Assembly (NCBI GenBank): GCA_965230295.1
Contig: OZ246001.1
Span: 1,856,001 to 1,920,000 of the forward strand
Length of the DNA stretch: 64,000 nt
Reading direction: 5' to 3'
Origin: Marinicella sp.
GTDB lineage: Bacteria; Pseudomonadota; Gammaproteobacteria; Xanthomonadales; Marinicellaceae
Positions 9,451 through 19,257 of this stretch are shown in pieces. The notes beneath the pieces were generated by a model. That model searched no databases, was not told the origin of the DNA, and worked only from the letters and a program-made list of their open reading frames with translations. The stretch's first letter is position 1. Each line of letters starts with the position of its first letter. A program made the position numbers and the translations under genes.

Positions 9451-10394
9451 TCCGATAAGATGGTTGCTTTGATGCTCATTCCAGGGCGCATGATTTCCAA
9501 GTTCAAATCATCAATGGTGACGATCGCATCCAGGATTTTAGATGGTTGATTTTTCGATTTGGTGCGCACCACTTTCGACAGTGATTTGATGTTGCCAGTG
9601 AACTCAGTGTCTGGATAAGCGTCAAGCACAAACTTGACCTGTTGACCTTCAGAGACGCGTGACATGTCATTTTCCTTGATCTCTAACTGGGCGATGATCT
9701 TTTCAAGATCGGCCACTTCCGATACCCGCATGCCGCCCCACACCGAGTCGCCTACAGCAAATTTATTGTTGTTCCAATCGGTTTTGTGCATCACGATGCC
9801 TTTGCGTTTAGACATGATCCGCATGCGTTTGATCGAATCATTCAATTCATCCACTTCAGCTGACAGTTTGGCTATGTTGGCTTGCAAGATTTCAACCTCG
9901 GTAATTAGCTTGTCTTCGGTCAACCTTCGATCATCCAATGCATGCTGATACTCCAACTTGCCCAACTCAAAATTCAGTTGGTTTTCTTCATATTCATTCA
10001 AGGCAATCACACTTTTAGGAAGCTCGGCCTTGCGTTGGGCTTTGTCCAGCAGCATTTTCTTTTCTTCCACAGCCAAATCTTTATTCTGGATGGTTTCTAC
10101 CATCCCCACCTGGGTGTTTTTCAACTCAGACTGTTTGATGTTCAGCTCACCTTGTTTGTCTAACAATCGCTCTTTGAGCTGATCGGTCTTGAACATCAAT
10201 ACCGGTTGGCCAGGATTTACCTGGGTGCCATCTTCTGCCATGAAGGCAATGGTGTATTGCCAGATTCTGCGTATTTTAGGCGGTGAATAGTTGTCTGTTT
10301 CAAGTGCTTTCAGTTCGCCACTGGCCTTGAACTCACCTGCTTGGACGGTTGACCAAGAGCCAACCAACAACAAAATTATCATCACATGTTTCAT
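9447..10394 (-). CDS. Efflux periplasmic adaptor (HlyD-type), short form
   Basis: Signal peptide ending VQA; DGTQVNPGQ lipoyl half; coiled coil; MRPGMS end; start at MKHVM. Confidence 0.85.
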   Translation of the reverse strand: MKHVMIILLLVGSWSTVQAGEFKASGELKALETDNYSPPKIRRIWQYTIAFMAEDGTQVNPGQPVLMFKTDQLKERLLDKQGELNIKQSELKNTQVGMVETIQNKDLAVEEKKMLLDKAQRKAELPKSVIALNEYEENQLNFELGKLEYQHALDDRRLTEDKLITEVEILQANIAKLSAEVDELNDSIKRMRIMSKRKGIVMHKTDWNNNKFAVGDSVWGGMRVSEVADLEKIIAQLEIKENDMSRVSEGQQVKFVLDAYPDTEFTGNIKSLSKVVRTKSKNQPSKILDAIVTIDDLNLEIMRPGMSIKATILSE

Positions 10395-10395
10395 T

Positions 10396-11334
10396 TCACA
10401 CCTCAATTAGGTTAACCAAGGCGCTCATGCCAGGTAACAAATCGATGTCGTCTGCGCCATTCAGACTAACCTCTACTTCATAATACAAACCATCTCCCCA
10501 ATCCTTTTTGTCTCTTCCACCGGAAGATATTGAAATGATTTCGCCAGTCACTTGGGCTTTGGGCAAGGCATCAAACAACACATTGACAGACTTGCCTTGG
10601 GTTATTTTTGGGACATCAATGGCATTGACCCAGGCTTTTACTTTCATGTTTTGTTTCTTGGATACTTTCATGATTTCCATCCCGCTGTTGGCTTGGTCTC
10701 CCACTTGGAACTTACTGCCGGTAAAGGGATGGGTTCCATACACCACATATCCTGATTGTGTGGCTTTGATGCTCAAAGCTTCCAGCTGACCTTGCCAATA
10801 GGATAAGTCTTTTTGTTTTTGTTCGGTACCCAGTTTGACTTCCAGGACTTTTTCCCGTTGTTTTTGTTTGATGGCAGCCAAATCATTTTCTGCCTCATTT
10901 AAGGTCTTGATGGACTTTTTCAGGGCCAGTTGACGTTCTTTGTATTCCAATTCACCGATGAAATCGACAGGTACGTCGGCTTTCAGTTGGGCCACTTTGC
11001 GATCGACTTTGGCTTTTTCAAAATCCAGATTGGCATTGTTCAAGTCAATTTCGATTTGAATCATGTCTCTTTTGGCACTGGCTTTGAACACGTCCAATTG
11101 TTCAACTTTACTTTCAATGGTGCTGTCAATTTCACTGCCATCAATTCGAATGATGAAGTCACCGACCTCAACATAAGTGCCTTCATCGATCATTTCACTG
11201 ATTTTGCCTTGCCACCCTCTGACTTGTGGCATATTGATGACTTGTGTTTGGCTGGATTCAACCACGCCAGTAAACATCACAGCCTGAGCTGTTGTGCTTA
11301 AAATCAATAGAATGAGTGGAATCAATATTTTCAT
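10396..11334 (-). CDS. Efflux periplasmic adaptor (HlyD-type), short form
   Basis: Signal peptide ending AQA; EGTYVEVGD, IKATQSG, LLPGMSA. Confidence 0.85.
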   Translation of the reverse strand: MKILIPLILLILSTTAQAVMFTGVVESSQTQVINMPQVRGWQGKISEMIDEGTYVEVGDFIIRIDGSEIDSTIESKVEQLDVFKASAKRDMIQIEIDLNNANLDFEKAKVDRKVAQLKADVPVDFIGELEYKERQLALKKSIKTLNEAENDLAAIKQKQREKVLEVKLGTEQKQKDLSYWQGQLEALSIKATQSGYVVYGTHPFTGSKFQVGDQANSGMEIMKVSKKQNMKVKAWVNAIDVPKITQGKSVNVLFDALPKAQVTGEIISISSGGRDKKDWGDGLYYEVEVSLNGADDIDLLPGMSALVNLIEV

Positions 11335-11996
11335 GCGACTATCTTCCCGTCTAAGAAGTGGATGGTGCGACCAGCGTTTTCAGCAATGTCTGGTTCATGG
11401 GTCACCATCACAATGGTTTGACCTGCTTTGTTGAGTTCTACCAGCAGGTCAATGATTTGTTGTGATATGGCACTGTCCAAGTTACCGGTCGGTTCATCGG
11501 CCAACAGCACCGCAGGCTGGTTGATCAGTGAACGGGCAATGGCCACACGTTGAATCTGACCGCCTGACATTTCATTGGGCATGTGATGCATGCGCTCACC
11601 CAAACCGACTTGGTGCAGTAGTTTTTCAGCCCGTGCCTGACCACCTTGTTGCTTTTCAGGTGAAGCAAATCGCAATGGGACCATGACGTTTTCCAGGGCG
11701 CTCAATCGAGGCAATAAATGAAATCCCTGGAACACAAAGCCAATGTGATCATTACGAATCTTTGATAAGTTGTCATCATCCAGGGCACTGACATCTTGCT
11801 TGGCCAATTGGTAATGACCACTGGTGGGTTTATCCATGCAGCCCAGGATGTTGAGCATGGTTGATTTACCTGACCCCGAGCGCCCCATGATGGCCACAAA
11901 TTCACCCGTAGCAATTGATAAATCGACTTGATCCAATGCGGTGATGGTTTCACCCTGGGTTTGATAAATCTTTGATATTTTTGACAGTTCTAACAT
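11331..11996 (-). CDS. ABC transporter ATP-binding protein (MacB/LolD-like)
   Basis: Walker A GRSGSGKS, signature MSGGQ, LADEPTGNLD, VTH. Confidence 0.95.
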   Translation of the reverse strand: MLELSKISKIYQTQGETITALDQVDLSIATGEFVAIMGRSGSGKSTMLNILGCMDKPTSGHYQLAKQDVSALDDDNLSKIRNDHIGFVFQGFHLLPRLSALENVMVPLRFASPEKQQGGQARAEKLLHQVGLGERMHHMPNEMSGGQIQRVAIARSLINQPAVLLADEPTGNLDSAISQQIIDLLVELNKAGQTIVMVTHEPDIAENAGRTIHFLDGKIVA

Positions 11997-12204
11997 CCTT
12001 ATTGATGCCCCGTAATAATGTTATCAGCGTAATCTGAATCAGAGATTGGAAACAGTGTCAAAAGTATGGATGTAAAAAGATGATCTTGACCCCAAAATCA
12101 TAAGATTCAGCAGTGTTACAGTTATCAGTATAAACCACAATCTTTACAAAAAGTTCAACATATTCTAAGGATGAAATGTGGATGAATTGTGAAAACCCGC
12201 AAAG

Positions 12205-12921
12205 TCAGGGTATGCAAAGTGATAATACGGCACTGAGTTCAGTGAAAAACACATTGTTTTCAGGTATCAAGCCATGGGCAAACCAGGGTGTAATGAGAAT
12301 CCACAGCCCCAACAGAAAGATGAACAACCCTGAAGCGGTCCGCAACCACATCCCTTTTTGGGTGTTGATCAAGCGTTGCATGACGGTTTGAGAAAACAGC
12401 AAAGGCAGTAGGGTACCTAAGCCAAAAAACAACATGAAACTGGCACCCCTCAAGACATCGGCTGTGGTGGCTGCAATGATCAACATGCCGTACAACAAAC
12501 CACAAGGTATTAAGCCCCACAACATGCCTTTTAAAAATACTTGATGGGTGCTGTTGGCCTGCTGAATTTGCTTCAATTTGCCAGCAATTTTAGGCCAAAA
12601 GGGCAAGGGTTTCTGGATCACCAGCCACCGTGCCTTGTCTTTGAAAATGATCACCAAAGACGTAAGTACCAACATACCACCCATAAGTATCCTGAGGAAT
12701 CCGCCCCATGTGCCCAGTTCAAGGCGTAAACTGGCACCTTGAATCAAGCCGGCAAACACGGCTCCTGATAAAGTATAAGTAGCCACCCGACCCAAGTTGG
12801 TCATCAAAGTCTGCCGGGTGTTTTGATGCTGGCAGATGACGGCACACAATCCACCACACATGGCAATACAATGAAATCCCGAAAAAAAGCCAATCAATAG
12901 GGGTGTGATGGCTGACATCAT
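12205..12921 (-). CDS. Sulfite exporter TauE/SafE / DsbD-like cbb3 assembly membrane protein
   Basis: HCIAMCG and GLIPCGLLY motifs; last gene of the cco cluster. Confidence 0.88.
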   Translation of the reverse strand: MMSAITPLLIGFFSGFHCIAMCGGLCAVICQHQNTRQTLMTNLGRVATYTLSGAVFAGLIQGASLRLELGTWGGFLRILMGGMLVLTSLVIIFKDKARWLVIQKPLPFWPKIAGKLKQIQQANSTHQVFLKGMLWGLIPCGLLYGMLIIAATTADVLRGASFMLFFGLGTLLPLLFSQTVMQRLINTQKGMWLRTASGLFIFLLGLWILITPWFAHGLIPENNVFFTELSAVLSLCIP

Positions 12922-12924
12922 GAT

Positions 12925-13125
12925 TCAGTCCTCTTTGGCGTCTTTAGTTGAATTTTCCTTTGAGTTTTTAGCCTGGATTAAAGGTTCATTGTCATCATCC
13001 AAAATAGAATAGGCGGGGCTGTCCAAATCATCGAACTGATTTTTATTGATGGCCCAAATCAGTGCCCACACTGCAGCAACTGCCAAAGCCAGACTCAACA
13101 ATACCAAAACAAAAACCATGTTCAT
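12925..13125 (-). CDS. ccoS: cbb3 oxidase maturation protein CcoS/FixS
   Basis: TM helix then WAINKNQFDDLD; ATGA overlap with ccoI. Confidence 0.9.
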   Translation of the reverse strand: MNMVFVLVLLSLALAVAAVWALIWAINKNQFDDLDSPAYSILDDDNEPLIQAKNSKENSTKDAKED

Positions 13126-15572
13126 GAACTGCCCACCTGTGTTAACAAACGACGTGAATTCAACACCACCAACAAGGAGCTCAAGGACATTCCAATGGCT
13201 GCCATCCAAGGTGCCAACCAGCCCATCATAGCAATCGGTGTCACACTGAGATTATATACCAGCGACCAGATTAAGTTTTGTTTGATGATGCGGTTGGTTT
13301 TTTGTGAAATGGCCAGAACACCCACCAAAGGCTGCAGGGATTTGCCCAAAATAATTAAATCAGAGGCTGAGTGGGCCAAATAAGCGCCTTGTTTTAGGCT
13401 GATTGACACATCGGCTTGTGACAATACGGGCGCATCATTAACCCCGTCGCCCACCATCACACAGGGTTTTCCTCTGTCTTGTAACGCTGAAATGTGTTTG
13501 ATTTTGTCATTGGCCTGTAACCCGCCGTGGCTGTTTTCAATGCCCAGCTGACGGCCCCAATGCCTCACCGTGTCGGGCTGGTCGCCGCTGATGATACTGG
13601 CTGTTTTGTTTTGTTGCTGCAGTTGCTTGAGTAAAGTGAACACACCTTCTCTTATAGGCACCTCTAACTCATACATAGCAACCACCTGTGTTGAATTTGC
13701 GAGATACACTTGGGTCAGATTGGGGTCTGTTTCAAAGTCAGGCAGTTCGATGCCAAGAGAAATCAACCATTGGGCACTGCCCATGTACCACTGTTGCTGT
13801 TGGGTTTGACCAGACACCCCACAGCCAGGATGTTCTTCAGCGCCAGTCACGACATCGGCATGGTGGTGTTGAAATGCAGAAGCTATCGGGTGATTACTGA
13901 CTTGTTGTAATCCTGCAGTCAGTGATTCAAAGGACTTACCTGGCTCGATCGAGTGGGTGTTTTTTATGGTCAGCTTGTCTTCTGACAAAGTGCCTGTTTT
14001 ATCAAAAAACCAGGTCGGTATTTTTGCCAGTTGTGTAATGGATTCGGTGTTGTTTACCAGCACACCTTGGCGTAATAAATTGACTCCAGCCGCTGTCAGT
14101 GCCGTTGGGGTGGCCAGTGACAATGCACAAGGGCATGTGGCGATCAAGACTGACAACAAAGCCGTCATCAAGGCATCGCTTTGGTTGAGCCCGTACCAAA
14201 TGGCCGTTCCGGTGGCCAGCACCAAAACCACGGCCACAAAGTAACTGGCGATTTGGTCAACCAATTGTAAGCTGGCTGGTTTTTTACTTTGTGCCAATTC
14301 CATCAAGTCAGCCAGTTTGGCCAGAAAACTGTCATTGTTATTGGCCGTCGTGATAAAGGTCAGACTGCCTGACACCAGTTCAGATCCAGCATAAATCGCA
14401 CAGTCTAAATCTTTATCAATCAAACGTGATTCACCGGTTAAGATGGCCTCATTAACCTGGCCAGAACCAGCTGTCACCAACCCATCACAAGGGACGACTT
14501 CGCCGGCATTGATTAACAATTGGTCGCCTTTAGATACCTGGTTCAAAGGGATGGTCTCGGTGGAGCCACCATCGCTGAGTAAGCGCTGTGCACTGACTGG
14601 TACCAAGGCAAATAAAGATTCACGCACATTCATGCCCTGATGCCTGACTTGGGACTCAACAAAACGGCCCAACAGCAAGAAAAACACGAACATGGCCATT
14701 GAATCAAAATAGACGTGTCCTGATTGCTTGAAGCTTAAGTACAAACTGACAAAATAAGCCAGGCTGATCGACAGTGCCACCGGTACATCCATTCCCAGGT
14801 GTCTGTTTTTCAGATCCCTGATGGCATTGTTAACGAAGCCTTGTCCTGAGTAAAAGTACACCACCGTGGCAACCAATAAACTGATCATCAAAAAGAAGCG
14901 TTGGATGTGGGGTGCCACTGTAAATTGATCTGGAGCGTACAGAGGCACCGCTAAAGTCATGATAAACATCATGCCAAAGCCAGCCACAGCGATGCGTTTT
15001 AATTGTCGATTGCGGTCTTCGTTGCCGGTTTGGGTTGGGTTGCTTTGTTGTAAAGGGTGGTATCCCAGGGACTCAATTTGAGAGAAAATCTCACTCAGCT
15101 TAATTTGTTCAACGGCAAATTCGACTTGCATGTTTTTGGTCACAGAGTTGATGCGGATTTCTTTGATGCCAGGTGAATTAAGCAACACTTTTTGGAGCAG
15201 CCAACCACAGGCGCTGCAATACATCCCTTCAACTTTGATGGTGGCTTGACAACCACCATTTTCATTGGTTTGAACCAGTGCTCTGAACACCTCAGGGGAG
15301 TCTAAGTGGGACCAGTTTTGATGTTTGCTGCTGACTTGTTCGGTAGGCAGTTGATTCTGGCGGTATTGATAAAAGACTTCGTGGTCATTGTCAGACAGAA
15401 AGACCGCCACTGCCTGACAACCGATGCAGCACATGGGCTGATCTGTACCTTGAATATTGGCGGTTAAATCACACCCTTTGGGAACCGCTTCGCCACAATG
15501 GAAACAGGTCGTTGATTGTCGGGTTTTGCTGTTGTGGCTGCTCAGTGAACCGGCGGACTGAAAACTGTTCAT
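13122..15572 (-). CDS. ccoI: Cu-translocating P1B ATPase CcoI/FixI
   Basis: CFHCG, CCIGC, GMYCSAC, TGES, CPCALSLATP, DKTGT, GDGVND. Confidence 0.95.
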   Translation of the reverse strand: MNSFQSAGSLSSHNSKTRQSTTCFHCGEAVPKGCDLTANIQGTDQPMCCIGCQAVAVFLSDNDHEVFYQYRQNQLPTEQVSSKHQNWSHLDSPEVFRALVQTNENGGCQATIKVEGMYCSACGWLLQKVLLNSPGIKEIRINSVTKNMQVEFAVEQIKLSEIFSQIESLGYHPLQQSNPTQTGNEDRNRQLKRIAVAGFGMMFIMTLAVPLYAPDQFTVAPHIQRFFLMISLLVATVVYFYSGQGFVNNAIRDLKNRHLGMDVPVALSISLAYFVSLYLSFKQSGHVYFDSMAMFVFFLLLGRFVESQVRHQGMNVRESLFALVPVSAQRLLSDGGSTETIPLNQVSKGDQLLINAGEVVPCDGLVTAGSGQVNEAILTGESRLIDKDLDCAIYAGSELVSGSLTFITTANNNDSFLAKLADLMELAQSKKPASLQLVDQIASYFVAVVLVLATGTAIWYGLNQSDALMTALLSVLIATCPCALSLATPTALTAAGVNLLRQGVLVNNTESITQLAKIPTWFFDKTGTLSEDKLTIKNTHSIEPGKSFESLTAGLQQVSNHPIASAFQHHHADVVTGAEEHPGCGVSGQTQQQQWYMGSAQWLISLGIELPDFETDPNLTQVYLANSTQVVAMYELEVPIREGVFTLLKQLQQQNKTASIISGDQPDTVRHWGRQLGIENSHGGLQANDKIKHISALQDRGKPCVMVGDGVNDAPVLSQADVSISLKQGAYLAHSASDLIILGKSLQPLVGVLAISQKTNRIIKQNLIWSLVYNLSVTPIAMMGWLAPWMAAIGMSLSSLLVVLNSRRLLTQVGSS

Positions 15573-15623
15573 TTGGCAGGGTGGCTGACATGTATTGATC
15601 CGGCGAGATTAAACCAAACCATG

Positions 15624-15821
15624 TCAGTCTTTTTCGATTTGGAACTTGTTTTGTTTAGCGATCACTTGCGGTGCATTTTGTTGTGCAATATAAACCGTAT
15701 ACAGTCCAGCAACCACAGCTGAGGCCGGTAATGAAATCATGAACCAAACCCAAGGGTATTTGTACCAGGGTAATGATTTGCGGTTCTTATCGGCAGGTGT
15801 TTTTACTGTTGTTTTGTTCAT
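15624..15821 (-). CDS. ccoH: CcoH/FixH-like protein, only the N-terminal membrane segment (65 aa)
   Basis: PWYKYPWVWFMISLPASAVVAG matches the FixH N-terminus; lies between ccoG and ccoI. Confidence 0.7.
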   Translation of the reverse strand: MNKTTVKTPADKNRKSLPWYKYPWVWFMISLPASAVVAGLYTVYIAQQNAPQVIAKQNKFQIEKD

Positions 15822-17206
15822 TTGTTGTATCCAAAGTATTTAACTTGTTCTGAAGTAGAATCGCCTTGATCACCAGTGCTTGTCACTTTAACTTCGATGG
15901 TATGAATGCGTTTATTGGCCAGCTTTTTGGCGGCTTTGATTTTGATGGGAATGATCACCAATTCGCCGGGTTCTGCAGCAAGGCTGGTTTCATTCATTCC
16001 CAACTCAACTGACAAGCCTTCGATGCCTGAGGCAGTCACTTGATACAGGGCGCTTTTAGTACCTTTGTTCATGACTTTCAGAGTGTACACATTTTCAATG
16101 GTGTTTGCATCCACCACCCGGTAAAAGCTGTTGCGGTCATGTATCACATTCATGTCAATGGCACTGCGGTTGGCCAGTGACACACCGAAAGAGGTGACCA
16201 AGGCCAGCAAGATGATGAAATAAATCAAAGTTCTGGGTCTGAGGATGTGGGTCGGCTTGCCTTCCAGGGCATTTTCCGTGGTGTATTTAATCAGTCCCTT
16301 GGGCATGCCACTTTTTTCCATCACATCATCACAGGCATCGATGCAAGCAGCGCATGCGATGCACTCATACTGCAAGCCATCTCTGATATCGATTCCAGTC
16401 GGGCACACCTGAACACACAGCGTACAATCAATACAATCACCAGGTGCTTCTGATTCACGGCGTTTTTTGCCGCGCATCCGTGGTTCGCCGCGTTGTTCAT
16501 CATAAGATATGATCAACGTTTCTTTGTCAAACATGGCGCTTTGGAAGCGTGCATAAGGACACATGTACAAGCAGACTTGTTCACGCAAGAAACCGGCATT
16601 GCCGTAAGTGGCCAAAGCATAAAAGAACAGCCAAAAGCTCTCCCACGGCCCCAAAGTCCATTGCCACACGTGCTCGGCCAATTCTTTGATGGGGGTGAAG
16701 AATCCGACAAAGGTGAAACCCGTCCACAATGCAAAAGTGATCCATAAAAATTGTTTGCTGGTTTTGCGGATGACTTTTTCACTGGTCCAAGGGCCTTTGT
16801 CTAACTTCATCCGTTTATTGCGATTGCCTTCGGTCAACTGTTCCAACCAGATAAACACTTCGGTCCACACGGTCTGAGGGCAAGCAAACCCACACCACAA
16901 TCGACCCGCCAATGCGGTAAAAAAGAACAGGGCAAAGGCCGCAATGATCAGCATCAAAGCCAGAAAAATAAAATCCTGTGGCCACAAGGTCAGGCCAAAA
17001 ATGTGGAAACGGCGATGTGGCAGGTCAAACAAGATGGCTTGTTGCCCAGCCCAGGTAATCCAGGGCAAGACATAAAACAACCCCAACAACACCCAAACAG
17101 CCAATTTCCGCTTGAATTGAAAGCGGCCCTTCACTTCTCGAGGATACACCTTTTCATGGGCCTTGTATAAGCTTAACTCTACGGGCTTGGTATCTTGGTC
17201 GGTCAT
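15818..17206 (-). CDS. ccoG: cbb3 accessory ferredoxin-like protein CcoG/FixG
   Basis: GRLWCGFACPQTVW, CLYMCPYARFQ, CIDCTLCVQVCP, CIACAACIDAC. Confidence 0.96.
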   Translation of the reverse strand: MTDQDTKPVELSLYKAHEKVYPREVKGRFQFKRKLAVWVLLGLFYVLPWITWAGQQAILFDLPHRRFHIFGLTLWPQDFIFLALMLIIAAFALFFFTALAGRLWCGFACPQTVWTEVFIWLEQLTEGNRNKRMKLDKGPWTSEKVIRKTSKQFLWITFALWTGFTFVGFFTPIKELAEHVWQWTLGPWESFWLFFYALATYGNAGFLREQVCLYMCPYARFQSAMFDKETLIISYDEQRGEPRMRGKKRRESEAPGDCIDCTLCVQVCPTGIDIRDGLQYECIACAACIDACDDVMEKSGMPKGLIKYTTENALEGKPTHILRPRTLIYFIILLALVTSFGVSLANRSAIDMNVIHDRNSFYRVVDANTIENVYTLKVMNKGTKSALYQVTASGIEGLSVELGMNETSLAAEPGELVIIPIKIKAAKKLANKRIHTIEVKVTSTGDQGDSTSEQVKYFGYNK

Positions 17207-17239
17207 TTTTATCAGCCTTTGGTGGGTGGTGTGTGGTTC

Positions 17240-17554
17240 TTAACCGTTGGGGTTACGCTTGGCCAATCGGGTTCGGGGTAAGGCCATGACCACCCCGGCA
17301 AACAGGGCGGCCAGGAAGGTAAAAACCCAGAAAAAAGTGAAGCCCAAGGCGTAACCTTGCCATTGACTGATGTCAACAGCAAAGCTTGACAACTGCCCCA
17401 GGTATGCTGGATCGAAAAGCGCAAAAAACAACATGGACTCAACGGCAGCACAAAAGAACGAGACCCAAATGACAATGCCCATGCGACGGTAGAATATTCG
17501 CTTAATTTGGCGGTCATTAAATCCTTGATTCTTGATGATGGGTTCAGTAGTCAT
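17240..17554 (-). CDS. Small two-TM membrane protein between ccoP and ccoG
   Basis: WVSFFCA..FFALFDP..Y.LGF.FFW pattern; in-operon spacing. Confidence 0.75.
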   Translation of the reverse strand: MTTEPIIKNQGFNDRQIKRIFYRRMGIVIWVSFFCAAVESMLFFALFDPAYLGQLSSFAVDISQWQGYALGFTFFWVFTFLAALFAGVVMALPRTRLAKRNPNG

Positions 17555-17581
17555 GTGATTATTTTAGCAGTTATGTGGTTA

Positions 17582-18463
17582 TTATTGACTCAAAGAGTAA
17601 ACATAAGCAGCCACCAGCTTGATGCGATTTTCGTCCAAGATGTCTTTTTGGGCTGGCATGTTGCCATTGAAGCCTTCATACAAACCGGTTTCAATGATTT
17701 CATGGGAACCATACAGCCACACATCATCGGTTAAATCAGGTGCTCCAAACAGGTCTTGGCCCTTCCCTTCCGGACCATGACAAGCGGCACAAAACATGGC
17801 GAATTTTGATTCACCGGCAGATGCCAATTCTGCATCATGGTCAATACCTGATAAGCTGCGAACATAAGCGGCCACTTCTTTGCTGCCATCTTCACCTAAG
17901 GCGGGTGCAAAGGCGGGCATCACACCCATTCGGCCATTGGTTAATGTGGTTACAATGCTGTCATAGTCACCGCCCCAATTCCAATCATCATCAGCCAGGT
18001 TTGGAAAGCCAACAGCACCTTGAGCATCTGACGCATGACATTGGGCACAATTGTTGGCAAAGATTCTTTGGCCAATCAGCATCGCTTGTTCATCTTGAAT
18101 CATGGCATCGATTGGCTTGTTGATGAAGCTGGCAAACGATTTATTGCGGGCATCGGTAACGGCCGCATAATTGGCTTCAAATCGGTTGATCTGAGTCCAT
18201 TCTTTGCTGCCCTTGTAATTGCCCATACCTGGATAAAGATACAAATAGATCACAGAGAAGATGATGGTGATCACAAATAACCACAACCACCAACGGGGCA
18301 TGGGGTTGTCTAATTCCTGTAAGTCTTCATCCCATGTGTGCCCTGTGGTGTTGTCTGCGCGCTTATCAACTTTCTTTTTTGATGTGGCAAACAACAGCCA
18401 CAAATATGCAACGATGTGAGCTGCCACCACGATGATGACTGTCCAATGCCAAAAATTACTCAT
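17582..18463 (-). CDS. ccoP: cbb3 cytochrome c oxidase subunit III
   Basis: TTGHTWD, DNPMPRWW, two CxxCH motifs (CAQCH, CAACH). Confidence 0.96.
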   Translation of the reverse strand: MSNFWHWTVIIVVAAHIVAYLWLLFATSKKKVDKRADNTTGHTWDEDLQELDNPMPRWWLWLFVITIIFSVIYLYLYPGMGNYKGSKEWTQINRFEANYAAVTDARNKSFASFINKPIDAMIQDEQAMLIGQRIFANNCAQCHASDAQGAVGFPNLADDDWNWGGDYDSIVTTLTNGRMGVMPAFAPALGEDGSKEVAAYVRSLSGIDHDAELASAGESKFAMFCAACHGPEGKGQDLFGAPDLTDDVWLYGSHEIIETGLYEGFNGNMPAQKDILDENRIKLVAAYVYSLSQ

Positions 18464-18632
18464 GAGATTTCTCCTCGGTGTTTGATTCCAAGTTGTTGAT
18501 TAGTTGGTCGTCTTCTTTAAGTGCTGTATGAGAAAGCTCCTCAAAGGTGGACTTGTTGTGTTTGCTCCAGGCCCAAGCCACGATGCCCAGGAAAACCACG
18601 ATCATCAATGCTGTGTAAATACCACTGATCAT
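18456..18632 (-). CDS. ccoQ: cbb3 cytochrome c oxidase subunit IV
   Basis: MISGIYTALMIVVFLGIVAWAW..F; GGAGG RBS; position between ccoO and ccoP. Confidence 0.9.
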   Translation of the reverse strand: MISGIYTALMIVVFLGIVAWAWSKHNKSTFEELSHTALKEDDQLINNLESNTEEKSHE

Positions 18633-18642
18633 AATTACCTCC

Positions 18643-19257
18643 TTATTGGTAGCTCTTGGGCATCGCCGTACCCAGATCCTGTAAGTAAGCAACCAGCGCA
18701 TCTAACTGAGTTTTGTCAGTTAAGCTGGCGGCGGCACCCGCAATGTCTTCATCTGAATAGGGGTGGCCCAGCATGCGCAGAACTTCCATGCTGGCGACTG
18801 TTTCTTCCACATCAACAGGAAGGTCGGCCAGCCAAGGATATCCGGGCATGTTGGAGGTGGGGACCACAGCCCTTGGGTCGATCAAATGAATTTCATGCCA
18901 TTCATTGGAGTAGCGCCCGCCCACACGAGCTAAATCAGGCCCGGTTCTTTTTGAGCCCCACTGGAAAGGACGGTCATACACCGATTCTCCGGCCACCGAG
19001 TAGTGCCCATAACGCAAGGTCTCATCAACGAAGGGGCGCACCTGTTGTGAATGGCAGTTGTAACAACCTTCAGCCACATAGATATTCTGTCCTGCCAGCT
19101 CCAGTGCATTGCGAGGTTCTAAGCCAGGTACGGGTTCTACCACACTGGCTTGAGACATCAAGGGTGCAATTTCAATGATGCCAGCAAAACTGATGACCAC
19201 AGCCACCAGAACGCCCATCAGACCGATGTTTTTTTCTATTTTCTCATGCTTGCTCAT
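18643..19257 (-). CDS. ccoO: cbb3 cytochrome c oxidase subunit II
   Basis: [27 protein letters not shown]. Confidence 0.97.
   Translation of the reverse strand: MSKHEKIEKNIGLMGVLVAVVISFAGIIEIAPLMSQASVVEPVPGLEPRNALELAGQNIYVAEGCYNCHSQQVRPFVDETLRYGHYSVAGESVYDRPFQWGSKRTGPDLARVGGRYSNEWHEIHLIDPRAVVPTSNMPGYPWLADLPVDVEETVASMEVLRMLGHPYSDEDIAGAAASLTDKTQLDALVAYLQDLGTAMPKSYQ

Noticed and set aside
18504-19178. 224 aa plus-strand ORF
   Set aside because: Antisense shadow of ccoO/ccoQ with no recognisable motifs
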